From IMG/VR virus record IMGVR_UViG_3300021437_000019, positions 1 to 62,504 of that record: a stretch of 62,504 bases of DNA. The stretch is one strand, 5' to 3'. Both the position numbers and the translations under genes were made by a program. The notes beneath the pieces were generated by a model. It saw only the letters and a program-made list of their open reading frames with translations, was not told where the DNA came from and did no database searches. Of the stretch, positions 1-7,648 are shown one piece after another (position 1 is the stretch's first letter; every line of letters starts with the position of its first letter). The DNA comes from a virus (taxonomy: Duplodnaviria > Caudoviricetes).

Positions 1-657
1 TCACCAGGATGTCGTTGTCGCCACAACCCCTCAGAATCGTCAACTGCGGCTGGAGCACACCCTCGTACTCAACCAACCTCAGCATCTCGCTGATCTTGTC
101 GTAGCCGGCATACTGGCGATTCTTCTTTGCTGCCCGGAAGCTGATTCCGGCCTGGCGGTATCTGTCGAAGTAGTTCACGTCTTCGGCGGCATCGAAGTTC
201 TCGCCGGCGGGGTCCATCAAGTCAATGTAGGACTTTGGGAATAGCCCGAATTTCTCTACCGTCGATAGCTTCTCGACGTAATCGGTGCAACTTAGTCGCG
301 GTTGCTTGGCGTCATGCCTCTCCTGATTTTCTTCTTCTGGCCAGTAGGACCACGGCACAACCTTCCGGCCGTACTTGTTCACCATCAACCACACAAACGC
401 GTGGGCTCTCCGTGGATGTGGGTCACAGGCCAACCATACCGTCCACCTATCCGCAGTAATCGTTCCCCTGGGCGTAAGGAACTGATTTACGTAATGAATC
501 GATCGATCAAACTCCGGAAACCACTTCTGCCCGCCCCTCGCGTGGGCGTCAATCTCCATCTCGCGGTCCCACATCGTTACGTCGGGATACGCGCTCTTGA
601 GCAGGGCAACGCGCTCGGGCGTCATGCTCGGGTCAGCCAGGTAATGTAATCTTGCTA
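1..657. repeat. Terminal overlap, left copy (matches 61848-62504)
   Basis: Base-by-base comparison: 657 bp, 21 substitutions, no indels. Confidence 0.95.
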
Positions 658-718
658 CGGCTATTCCCGCCCCTGGTTTGCCTGCCGGGATTCGCCTTAC
701 GCTGAAACCGCGCACCAC
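1..718 (-). CDS. terL: Terminase large subunit, nuclease half (5' part; continues across the circular junction to 61651)
   Basis: Frame open from GTG 718/715: VRGFSVRRIPAG..RLHYLADPSMTPER..WLACDPHPRR; allelic differences almost all at third codon positions. Confidence 0.85.
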   Translation of the reverse strand, partial: MVRGFSVRRIPAGKPGAGIAVARLHYLADPSMTPERVALLKSAYPDVTMWDREMEIDAHARGGQKWFPEFDRSIHYVNQFLTPRGTITADRWTVWLACDPHPRRAHAFVWLMVNKYGRKVVPWSYWPEEENQERHDAKQPRLSCTDYVEKLSTVEKFGLFPKSYIDLMDPAGENFDAAEDVNYFDRYRQAGISFRAAKKNRQYAGYDKISEMLRLVEYEGVLQPQLTILRGCGDNDILV

Positions 719-1224
719 GCCGTCCCATTAAGCACATCCCGCATTGTGCTTCGGTGTACCCCGTACCGCGCCGCAAGAGACGCTATCTCTCCGTACTTGC
801 CAGTGAACTGATTTCGAGCCGCTTCAACCCGGGCTGGCGTTAATTTCGCCCGTCCATTCAGTTCACCGCGATTGCGATTGGGCGGCATAAGGCCGGTTCC
901 CCATGCGTGGAATTTGTTCTGAGAAGATGTCACCCACTCCAAATTAGTTAGCGCATTGTTCCAATGGTTGCCATCTATGTGATTGCCCTCATACCCCCCG
1001 GGGGGCCGAGGTCCGACAAAGTTCGTCAGCACGAGGTCATGAACATATCTGACGCGACGACCGCCCTCCCTGCACAAAGACACTGCTGGGTATTCCCATT
1101 GACCACTCGGCCAAGGTTTCAAAATTCGTCCAACCATTGGGCCGCAATCGCGCCGAACTTGCCCATGATCCGATACGCTGTAAATTCCTTCGTAACCAAC
1201 TATCGATTTCCAGGTTTCAATCAT
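697..1224 (-). CDS. NUMOD4-HNH homing endonuclease
   Basis: ETWKSIVGYEGIYSVSDHGQVR (NUMOD4), EGNHIDGNHWNNALTNLEW (HNH), C-terminal HTH; ATG overlaps the terL-N stop (ATGA). Confidence 0.92.
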   Translation of the reverse strand: MIETWKSIVGYEGIYSVSDHGQVRRDCGPMVGRILKPWPSGQWEYPAVSLCREGGRRVRYVHDLVLTNFVGPRPPGGYEGNHIDGNHWNNALTNLEWVTSSQNKFHAWGTGLMPPNRNRGELNGRAKLTPARVEAARNQFTGKYGEIASLAARYGVHRSTMRDVLNGTAWCAVSA

Positions 1225-1934
1225 TGGGCAGGCACCGCGCAAGCAATAAGATCAAAGAACCAGCCCGGATAGGCGGAACTGAAGGCCAAGAGTTTTTGGG
1301 GCCTTGTGGACAGCGCATTAGCGTAAGCCTCGGCACCATTTGGATTGAATGCGCATTCGTCCATCACCACAATCGTTGGGTGCTCCGACCTGATCTTGTC
1401 AGGGTTCTTGCCGGGGAGGGCTTCGAACCAACCACCACCACCAAGCTCGAAGCGGTAGACGGCCTGATCCTCAACCGTCTTTTTCAATCGCGGCAACGGA
1501 TACAATTCTTTGAGGCGTTGGTCTTGCTGCGCATAGAGAACCTTGCAATACTCGATGCACTTCTCGGCGCGGTCCTGGTCGGGGCACCAGAAGATGCAGC
1601 TCGCCGGCTGGTGCGTTTGGATAAAGTGAACGCACTCACCGCACGCCCACCAAGTCGCCATAACCGTTCGACTCTTCTCGATGAAGAGTTTGTCTTCGGA
1701 ATGGAACAACTTGTGGAGTTCGTCGAAGTACGGGTAATCAGGGAGTGGTTTGTAAGGGTTCGCCGTGTCGTGCTCGTCCCAGGTCTTCGTCCACAGCCGC
1801 ATCCACGTCAATGATTGGACCAGCGGGGCTACGAGGGGCGAAGAGTCGAGCAAGAGTTGCTGCTGCTCTTTCGTCGCTGACGACCAAACATACGGTATTT
1901 CTTGAAGTTTGATCGTGACCCTTACTGGCGGCAT
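1221..1934 (-). CDS. terL: Terminase large subunit, ATPase half
   Basis: KTWDEHD..P.KP, Walker A-like IEKSRTVMATW, Walker B IVVMDE, motif III FSSA; start may be 1934 or 1802. Confidence 0.88.
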   Translation of the reverse strand: MPPVRVTIKLQEIPYVWSSATKEQQQLLLDSSPLVAPLVQSLTWMRLWTKTWDEHDTANPYKPLPDYPYFDELHKLFHSEDKLFIEKSRTVMATWWACGECVHFIQTHQPASCIFWCPDQDRAEKCIEYCKVLYAQQDQRLKELYPLPRLKKTVEDQAVYRFELGGGGWFEALPGKNPDKIRSEHPTIVVMDECAFNPNGAEAYANALSTRPQKLLAFSSAYPGWFFDLIACAVPAQ

Positions 1935-2337
1935 CCTCTATGTCCTTGTAGGCTCCGTGGGTGCGTAATGCCATGTCAACGGCGCTCACTTGAATGCTCA
2001 GAGCGTCTACTTCCCGCGAATCAAGCACTATCCCCTTGGAAGCAAAGAACTTAGTTTCCTTCGCATGGCGAAGCCTGTTCACGTCCTCGGCCAGACTCTC
2101 AAGGGTCAAGCCCATGCGGTGGAATACTTCAGGGGCCCTATCTCTGACCGCCTGCATGGCCTGAAACGCACCCTGCCGCGCCGATCGCGCCGGATACCCA
2201 ACCGCCCTACCGGCTTGGGCCAGCGTCTTCCCGGCCGCCACATGCCGTGCCACCTTCAAGTGCTTAGCGATTACTCGCTTCCGCCGCTTCTTCTTCGCCT
2301 TGGGCTCGTCACCTACGGGCTTTTGTTCTTCGCTCAT
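1738..2337 (-). CDS. terS: Terminase small subunit (HTH)
   Basis: AAGKTLAQAGRAVGYP HTH typical of TerS; directly upstream of terL. Confidence 0.7.
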   Translation of the reverse strand: MSEEQKPVGDEPKAKKKRRKRVIAKHLKVARHVAAGKTLAQAGRAVGYPARSARQGAFQAMQAVRDRAPEVFHRMGLTLESLAEDVNRLRHAKETKFFASKGIVLDSREVDALSIQVSAVDMALRTHGAYKDIEDAASKGHDQTSRNTVCLVVSDERAAATLARLFAPRSPAGPIIDVDAAVDEDLGRARHGEPLQTTP

Positions 2338-2373
2338 TGTCCTCGCCTCGTCGGCGCTCCTCAAAAATCAATA

Positions 2374-2400
2374 CCGGGGACGACGGGCAATCGTCCCCGG
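2374..2400 (-). terminator. Candidate intrinsic terminator
   Basis: Perfect 10-bp stem CCGGGGACGA/TCGTCCCCGG with a 7-nt loop, followed on the minus strand by TATTGATTTTT. Confidence 0.5.
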
Positions 2401-2492
2401 CCAACGTGCGTCCCGGTGAAAGGAGGAAACGTCCGGGTTCGCATCTCAGCGCCTTGTGGCGCATTCGCCAACGTCATCGCTCGCTGGCGAAA

Positions 2493-2505
2493 TCTAAACT
2501 TTAGA
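2493..2505. promoter_or_regulatory. TCTAAA-N-TTTAGA palindrome copy
   Basis: TCTAAACTTTAGA, perfect; supplies the SKV-stop of ORF 2494-2700. Confidence 0.7.
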
Positions 2506-2700
2506 CTTCTTACTTCCCATCGCTTTCGCCATCTTCTTGTACTTCGACTTCCCCTTGACCCGCTTCAGCCTCGGATTCGCTTTCTTCGCCGCGGGAGACG
2601 CGTTGCGCGAGGCCGCAGCCAGCACGGCACCGGGATTGCGAATACCCGATTCCTTGCCAATCTTCGCCTCGACGGCCTTGAATCCCGGGTGCGCTTTAAT
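2494..2700 (-). CDS. Small basic phage protein, ATT start
   Basis: Not in ORF track; reads KAHPGFKAVEAKIGKESGIRNPGAVLAAASRNASPAAKKANPRLKRVKG...SKV*; AAGGGG precedes ATT; no in-frame ATG/GTG/TTG upstream. Confidence 0.65.
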   Translation of the reverse strand: MKAHPGFKAVEAKIGKESGIRNPGAVLAAASRNASPAAKKANPRLKRVKGKSKYKKMAKAMGSKKSKV

Positions 2701-2966
2701 GAATCCCCTTAAATTGAAGAAGCGCGGCTGCCCTGTTTCATGGCATGACCTCCGGCAATATCGTTTATTGCCGGCGCTCTATATCTGAGCTACGCGCGCT
2801 TCCCCTCTATCAAAATATGGCCTTCAGGGGCGACCTTCCGCAACTTCTTCGGGGTGTGGACTCAGCGTACTGCATGGCTCATCGCCGTCGCGCCTTTTCT
2901 CTCGCCCGTACTCGGAAAACTACTGCCGCCCCTTCCGGCCTTCGTCGTGTGTTGGGTGGTATCTCG

Positions 2967-3707
2967 TCAGCCCATGGCCTTGGCCAAAGGGCTTTCACTG
3001 ACTACTTTCGTCGCAAACCTGCGGATCGCTTCAAGTGGCGGCTCGTCTGACATCATGGCCGCCAAACCCTGGTCTTCCCCGAGACGCGCATGGATTTCTA
3101 TGACCTTCCATCCCGTGATGGCCTCTCGCAGTTCAACGCAGAATGGGCAATCGTCCAGACCAACCGCATGGACGGCGGCTAGGGCCGCATCTTGAATTCC
3201 GGGCATTTCCGGCGTCGCGCGTCGGTACGCAAGTATTCTTGTACCGTCTCCAGACCATTCTTGCAGTAGGGGGTGAAATGTAAGCGCCTGGCCGCCCACA
3301 ATTGCGCCGTCTATTTCCCATGCGGCACCATCCAGGAATTCTTCCATTACCCCAAAGTGCACAAGTTCTGGCAGGTACTTCGTCAACAATTCGGTGTACT
3401 CTGTCGGGTGGTAAAATCGAACTCCCTGATTCAAAGAACTTGCCGCCGCCTTGACAGCGATTCTACGATCTGCCCACAACTTGATCGGCTCCCATTTCGG
3501 ATTCAGCCCAGTACCACTGAGCGCCACGCACTGCGCCAACCTAGACGTGCAGGCGGCAGCGGCCCCAGGGAGAAGGCGTCGATGGTTCGCATAATCCGCA
3601 CTGAAAGCTACCTCCAAAACGGTTTCCTCGACCAATGGCATAACGAACAACCCGTCATTGCTCGAGCTTATTGGCCAGTGCCCTGACTCACCTACCCACT
3701 TAATCAC
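2967..3707 (-). CDS. ATP-grasp fold protein
   Basis: AVKAAASSLNQGV, VMEEFLDG, FCVELR..GWKVIEIHARLG; GTG start overlaps the upstream stop. Confidence 0.75.
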   Translation of the reverse strand: MIKWVGESGHWPISSSNDGLFVMPLVEETVLEVAFSADYANHRRLLPGAAAACTSRLAQCVALSGTGLNPKWEPIKLWADRRIAVKAAASSLNQGVRFYHPTEYTELLTKYLPELVHFGVMEEFLDGAAWEIDGAIVGGQALTFHPLLQEWSGDGTRILAYRRATPEMPGIQDAALAAVHAVGLDDCPFCVELREAITGWKVIEIHARLGEDQGLAAMMSDEPPLEAIRRFATKVVSESPLAKAMG

Positions 3708-4399
3708 GACGCCAAGATTCCGTCTTTCCCGGTTTTGTCTTCCTGCACAGTCTCGCCGATTCGCGAGTCTTTCAGTAGATTCGCCCACGCCACTAAGTTG
3801 CGCGCCATTGTCGCCACCTCTTCACGGGTGTCCTTATTCTTGGTCACATCCGCAAGCGACGTGCCAGCCCATGTGGCAAATGCTTCCGGGGGCACCGTGA
3901 ATCCGAGCTGTGAGAACAAGCAGTAGAACCGCGACATGCAACTCTGGAAACCGTCGTCCGTCCCGGTGACGATGCATCCGCCGACCTTTCCGTACAGATC
4001 GGACTTGCCACTTTCGATGTACTCGTCATCGTATGTCGTCATGCGCTCGATGACTTTTTGTAGGTAGGAACTCGGCTGATTCCACCAAATCGGCGTGGCG
4101 AACACCACAATGTCGGCCGCTTCTATCTGCGCAAAGATTTCGTCCATCTGGTCGCTGTCATCGCCCGAATCGCGTGCCACACCGGGGATGATCTGAAAAT
4201 CCGGCAGGTAGGAAATGTCAACCTCGGCACCGCGCCGCCTCATCTCATTCGCCACCGCGACCGCAAGAGCAAGCGTATGACTTTCCATTTCATCTGGCTT
4301 GAGCGAACCAACAAGAATCAGCGCCTTAACACCATCGCCTGCTGGCTCGCGCACATTCTCTTTCTTTTGTGTATTGGGCGGTGAAAGCGGGATTGTCAT
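3704..4399 (-). CDS. NAD(P)H-dependent FMN reductase / flavodoxin-like protein
   Basis: LILVGSLK..SHT, ADIVVFATPIWW..SSYLQKVIERM, YGKVGG. Confidence 0.85.
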   Translation of the reverse strand: MTIPLSPPNTQKKENVREPAGDGVKALILVGSLKPDEMESHTLALAVAVANEMRRRGAEVDISYLPDFQIIPGVARDSGDDSDQMDEIFAQIEAADIVVFATPIWWNQPSSYLQKVIERMTTYDDEYIESGKSDLYGKVGGCIVTGTDDGFQSCMSRFYCLFSQLGFTVPPEAFATWAGTSLADVTKNKDTREEVATMARNLVAWANLLKDSRIGETVQEDKTGKDGILAS

Positions 4400-4411
4400 G
4401 CGTTGCCGTCC

Positions 4412-5269
4412 TCAATTTCCACACACACCCAAGCACTCACGCGCGAAACCGATCCACCCTTGGGTTGCCCCTGCCACGGTGTTAAAAACCACTTCATCTA
4501 TCGGGATAAGCTGGCGATGCAAGAACATTGGCTGATTGTTCTTTCTCTTCCGATTGCCAAGAACAGCTTCCGAGCGAAGTGCTGAGTCCACCTTAATGAT
4601 CTCAGCCCATTCTTCGGGCCGTTCTTTCAGTTTGGCCCACGCAAGATCATCGTGGAATGGGCAATACCTGCAAGCCGACTTTGGAACCTTGTGGGGAACA
4701 CGGCTTACCAAGAACTGCTCACAGTGCACTCGCGCCATGAACATCTCGATCAACGGAAAATGCACCTTTAGGTATTTCGGCATCGGTGCTTTGGCGATCC
4801 GACCAGCTCTCCCGGACTCATCCAGCGATATACCCATGTACTGATGAACAACCATTCCCCTTGGAACGTGTGCCCCGGCCTTCAGCCCCAAGACTTCGCG
4901 GCGTAACGCTTGGCGGATCGGAATAATCTTGTATTCCTTTGAGCATTGCCTTCGAAGCTTGGACGTTTCGAGACCGTCAGGGCTTGGCGTGAACGCCGGG
5001 ATGCTGATCCAACGCTGACTCGTGGAGTTAACTCCATGAATCAGATCGTCACTCAGCTTCCCGATCGTTGTCCGAATAATGCGAGGACCACCGAGCGATT
5101 CCATCCATTCAAGGTGCCCATAGACTTCCTTCGGTTCATCTTGGGTGTCGGCAAAAATGGCCGCATCCAGTTTCACTGGAATACGCCCCTCCATGAACAT
5201 TAGGTAAAGGGCCGTGCTCTGAACCCCGGCGCCCAAATTAAGAACATGGAATTCTGCTTGGACGGCCAT
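4412..5269 (-). CDS. PP-loop / PAPS-reductase-like protein
   Basis: LNLGAGVQSTAL, AIFADTQDEP, RQC..YKI.PI, KSAC.YCPF. Confidence 0.75.
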   Translation of the reverse strand: MAVQAEFHVLNLGAGVQSTALYLMFMEGRIPVKLDAAIFADTQDEPKEVYGHLEWMESLGGPRIIRTTIGKLSDDLIHGVNSTSQRWISIPAFTPSPDGLETSKLRRQCSKEYKIIPIRQALRREVLGLKAGAHVPRGMVVHQYMGISLDESGRAGRIAKAPMPKYLKVHFPLIEMFMARVHCEQFLVSRVPHKVPKSACRYCPFHDDLAWAKLKERPEEWAEIIKVDSALRSEAVLGNRKRKNNQPMFLHRQLIPIDEVVFNTVAGATQGWIGFARECLGVCGN

Positions 5270-5273
5270 TCGC

Positions 5274-5471
5274 TTATCCCATCCTCCGAGCCATGCGACG
5301 GTACTTCCGCTTCTTGCGCTTTGGTTGGTACTCTTTCTTGCCGCCCTCGGCGGCGCGCTTCTCGCTCAATATGATGGCGACGGCCTGCTTCTGGCTCTTC
5401 ACGGGCTCGCCGGAACCGCCCGACTTCAACGTGCCGGCCTTAAACTTCGACATCACCTGGTCGTACGGCAT
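5274..5471 (-). CDS. Small basic protein, DUF6496-like
   Basis: VMSKFKAGTLKSG.SG..VKSQKQAVAI.LSE motif. Confidence 0.7.
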   Translation of the reverse strand: MPYDQVMSKFKAGTLKSGGSGEPVKSQKQAVAIILSEKRAAEGGKKEYQPKRKKRKYRRMARRMG

Positions 5472-5474
5472 GAA

Positions 5475-5660
5475 TCACTCGGGCGGGAGCGGACTTTGCT
5501 TCAGATAGGCACCGACCGTCGTTACGATGCTAACGGCGATGAGCGCCTTCAACTGGTGCGCCGTCACGCCAACTGCCCATCCGGTCATACCCGTCCCGAG
5601 GCCGGCAACCGCTGCGGCTATTAGGCCGCGAAACCATGTCTCGGTTTTACGCAAATCCAT
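5475..5660 (-). CDS. Putative holin
   Basis: 61 aa, two hydrophobic segments, ends AYLKQSPLP; start reassigned to ATG 5660. Confidence 0.55.
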   Translation of the reverse strand: MDLRKTETWFRGLIAAAVAGLGTGMTGWAVGVTAHQLKALIAVSIVTTVGAYLKQSPLPPE

Positions 5661-5668
5661 GCAATCAG

Positions 5669-5776
5669 TTACGCCTTGTTGATGAGACTGCGGAGTTTGG
5701 CGATCCCAACCGCCGCCAGTGCGGCAACCAACAGACCGATGAGTATCCACCAGCCACCGGAAATAGATGCGAACAT
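5669..5776 (-). CDS. Small single-TM protein (35 aa)
   Basis: GGAGG SD then MFASISGGWWILIGLLVAALAAVGIAKLRSLINKA*. Confidence 0.55.
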   Translation of the reverse strand: MFASISGGWWILIGLLVAALAAVGIAKLRSLINKA

Positions 5777-5784
5777 GACGCCTC

Positions 5785-5874
5785 CTAACCGCGAAATTTG
5801 ACCTTACTGGCAAGATACGCCATTCCAGCAAAGAAACTCAGCGCAAAAACGAGAATAATTAAAACCCATTTCAT
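5785..5874 (-). CDS. Small single-TM protein (29 aa)
   Basis: MKWVLIILVFALSFFAGMAYLASKVKFRG*; ATG abuts the upstream stop (TGATG). Confidence 0.5.
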   Translation of the reverse strand: MKWVLIILVFALSFFAGMAYLASKVKFRG

Positions 5875-6287
5875 CAAGATTCCTGCCTTGCGAGATATTC
5901 CCTGGCACCATCCAGGAGGTGGCCGTGCTTTTCGATGTAACCAACCATTGAATTGCAGACGTTACAGGGAAGCCCTCGGACTTTTTCCGTCTTGTGGTTA
6001 TGGCCAATGTAGAGCGGATGCAACTCGCTCACGCGAGATTTCCCCTTACAAATGGCGCAGACGCCACCCTGCTTTTCCACGAGAGCGTTGTACCCTTCTT
6101 GCGTCAAACCGTAATGCGATTTTAGATAGAGTACCCTTTGTGCCCTTGGATTCTGCTTCCTGTACCATTTCCAATAGCGGGAATAGCACATCTCGCGGCA
6201 ATAATTCTTCCGACTGGGATGGCACATGGCTGGCCGCTGCCTGGTTGGCCCTGAATATCTCTGCGTGTTAAAGAGTCGCCGTTGCAT
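5874..6287 (-). CDS. Endonuclease VII-like protein, motifs degenerate
   Basis: YGLTQEGYNALVEKQGGVCAIC...GHNHKTEKVRGLPCNVCN versus the family pattern DHDH..G.VRGLLC..CN. Confidence 0.75.
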   Translation of the reverse strand: MQRRLFNTQRYSGPTRQRPAMCHPSRKNYCREMCYSRYWKWYRKQNPRAQRVLYLKSHYGLTQEGYNALVEKQGGVCAICKGKSRVSELHPLYIGHNHKTEKVRGLPCNVCNSMVGYIEKHGHLLDGAREYLARQES

Positions 6288-6295
6288 CTTGACCC

Positions 6296-6937
6296 CTAGC
6301 GACAATGCCCCGTACCACAGACGGCGACGGCCCCGCCGGCGGCCCCGATCGCAAACCACTTGGCCGACCGTTTCAGGTTCGACCAGAATCCGCCACCCTT
6401 CGCTGCGGACTTCCACTTACCCGCATCGTCATTCGCCATCTTGAGCTTGTTCACGTCGTCCGCGTGCCGCTGATCGGCGTAGGTAAGTTTCTGATTGGCC
6501 GCGTCCAGGTTCAGTTTGCAGGTCTCGCACGCTTGAACGTAGGCCTTCACCTGCGGCGCATCCTCGACGGGAACCTGTGCGACTGGCTGCGGGTGCGGAT
6601 TCTCTGGCGTCGCTGGCGGCGTCACAAACGTGATCGGCTTCTGTAGCGCCATGATTTGCTGAACCAGCGCCGCAATGTCTGGCGCGCTCTTGGCCTGGTC
6701 GAACCGACTGTTCATCGCATCCATCTGCGCTTGCTGCGACTTCACGAAGGCGTCGAGCTGCGCCCGGTTCGCGGCGTCATGCTGCTCGATGATCGCCAGC
6801 GCGTTCTTATTGGCCGCTTCGGTTGCCTCAGCTCGGGCCCGGGCCTCGCGCGCATTCACCCAAGAGAACACTAGCCAGCCGACAATCAAGATCCCTGCGG
6901 CCCCGGCAACGGTCTCGGCAATGGTGCGCTTGTTCAT
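6296..6937 (-). CDS. Membrane-anchored coiled-coil protein, spanin-like
   Basis: N-terminal TM, Ala/Gln-rich helices, Pro linker, CxxC, hydrophobic C-terminus; next to holin-like genes. Confidence 0.5.
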   Translation of the reverse strand: MNKRTIAETVAGAAGILIVGWLVFSWVNAREARARAEATEAANKNALAIIEQHDAANRAQLDAFVKSQQAQMDAMNSRFDQAKSAPDIAALVQQIMALQKPITFVTPPATPENPHPQPVAQVPVEDAPQVKAYVQACETCKLNLDAANQKLTYADQRHADDVNKLKMANDDAGKWKSAAKGGGFWSNLKRSAKWFAIGAAGGAVAVCGTGHCR

Positions 6938-6941
6938 AAAA

Positions 6942-6954
6942 TCTAAAATTTAGA
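6942..6954. promoter_or_regulatory. TCTAAA-N-TTTAGA palindrome copy
   Basis: TCTAAAATTTAGA, perfect arms; contains the stop of 6950-7318 and lies 4 nt before the next ATG. Confidence 0.7.
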
Positions 6955-7318
6955 CTTCTAGGCGTACCGGCTCACGCCGCATCTGAATCTGCCGGAGCAT
7001 CGCAACCGCCCAATTCTCTTTGTTTCGTACGGCTTCGGCGTGCTCGCCGCCAAGTTTGCAACTCAATCCACGTATCGGAATGGTTCGCATGCACTGAATA
7101 ACCCGCCCAGGAATCAGCCAGCGCAGGATGTAATCCGGCTCGTCCTTTGGTGCCACAAACCCGTGCGGCCTCATTGGCTCAAGAAAACCCTCGGTCCAGA
7201 GTTCGTTAATCTCGCGCCACGTTAAGTGGGAATGGGAAGCATGATCCTGGGAGGAAAAAGCTGCTTCGTCGCACCACAGGCCAACAAAGCAGAATGTTTG
7301 ACGGTTTTTCCCTGCCAT
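6950..7318 (-). CDS. Hypothetical protein
   Basis: ATG with AGGAG SD; fits operon packing. Confidence 0.6.
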   Translation of the reverse strand: MAGKNRQTFCFVGLWCDEAAFSSQDHASHSHLTWREINELWTEGFLEPMRPHGFVAPKDEPDYILRWLIPGRVIQCMRTIPIRGLSCKLGGEHAEAVRNKENWAVAMLRQIQMRREPVRLEV

Positions 7319-7400
7319 CGAGGACAGTTCTCCTGGCGAGTCTGCCCCTACTCAGGCGCTCAGGGCATGGCGTGCGACCTGCGTGCGGCCGCAGTACACG

Positions 7401-7429
7401 TGTATATCTTCGGGTGGAACAAATGGCAA
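7401..7429 (-). promoter_or_regulatory. Candidate sigma70-like promoter ahead of the lysis/packaging genes
   Basis: TTGCCA-17 bp-TATACA in an intergenic gap. Confidence 0.3.
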
Positions 7430-7450
7430 TGCAAGTATTAATCGCTGATT

Positions 7451-7648
7451 TTACTTCGCGTTTTGTTCGTGGCGTATATTAGTGGGCGGCGCTAGGTCGT
7501 GTCGGATAAATTGTTCGCGCGTGTGAAAGTTTTCCCCGCAATTCAGGCATTTTCTGTGACGTACAATTATGTGTCCGAGATGTGGGATGTCCCTGTGGGT
7601 AGTTTTGGTGACTCGGTTTTTCCTGCTGCGGCAGGCCGGGCATTCCAT
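7451..7648 (-). CDS. NrdR-like zinc-ribbon protein (N-terminal domain only)
   Basis: MECPAC...[18 protein letters not shown]; no ATP cone. Confidence 0.7.
   Translation of the reverse strand: MECPACRSRKNRVTKTTHRDIPHLGHIIVRHRKCLNCGENFHTREQFIRHDLAPPTNIRHEQNAK

Noticed and set aside
697-1224. Group I intron or intein in terL
   Set aside because: The HNH ORF overlaps both terL halves, leaving no room for an intron core; the stop codon and frame changes exclude an intein. Not tested computationally.
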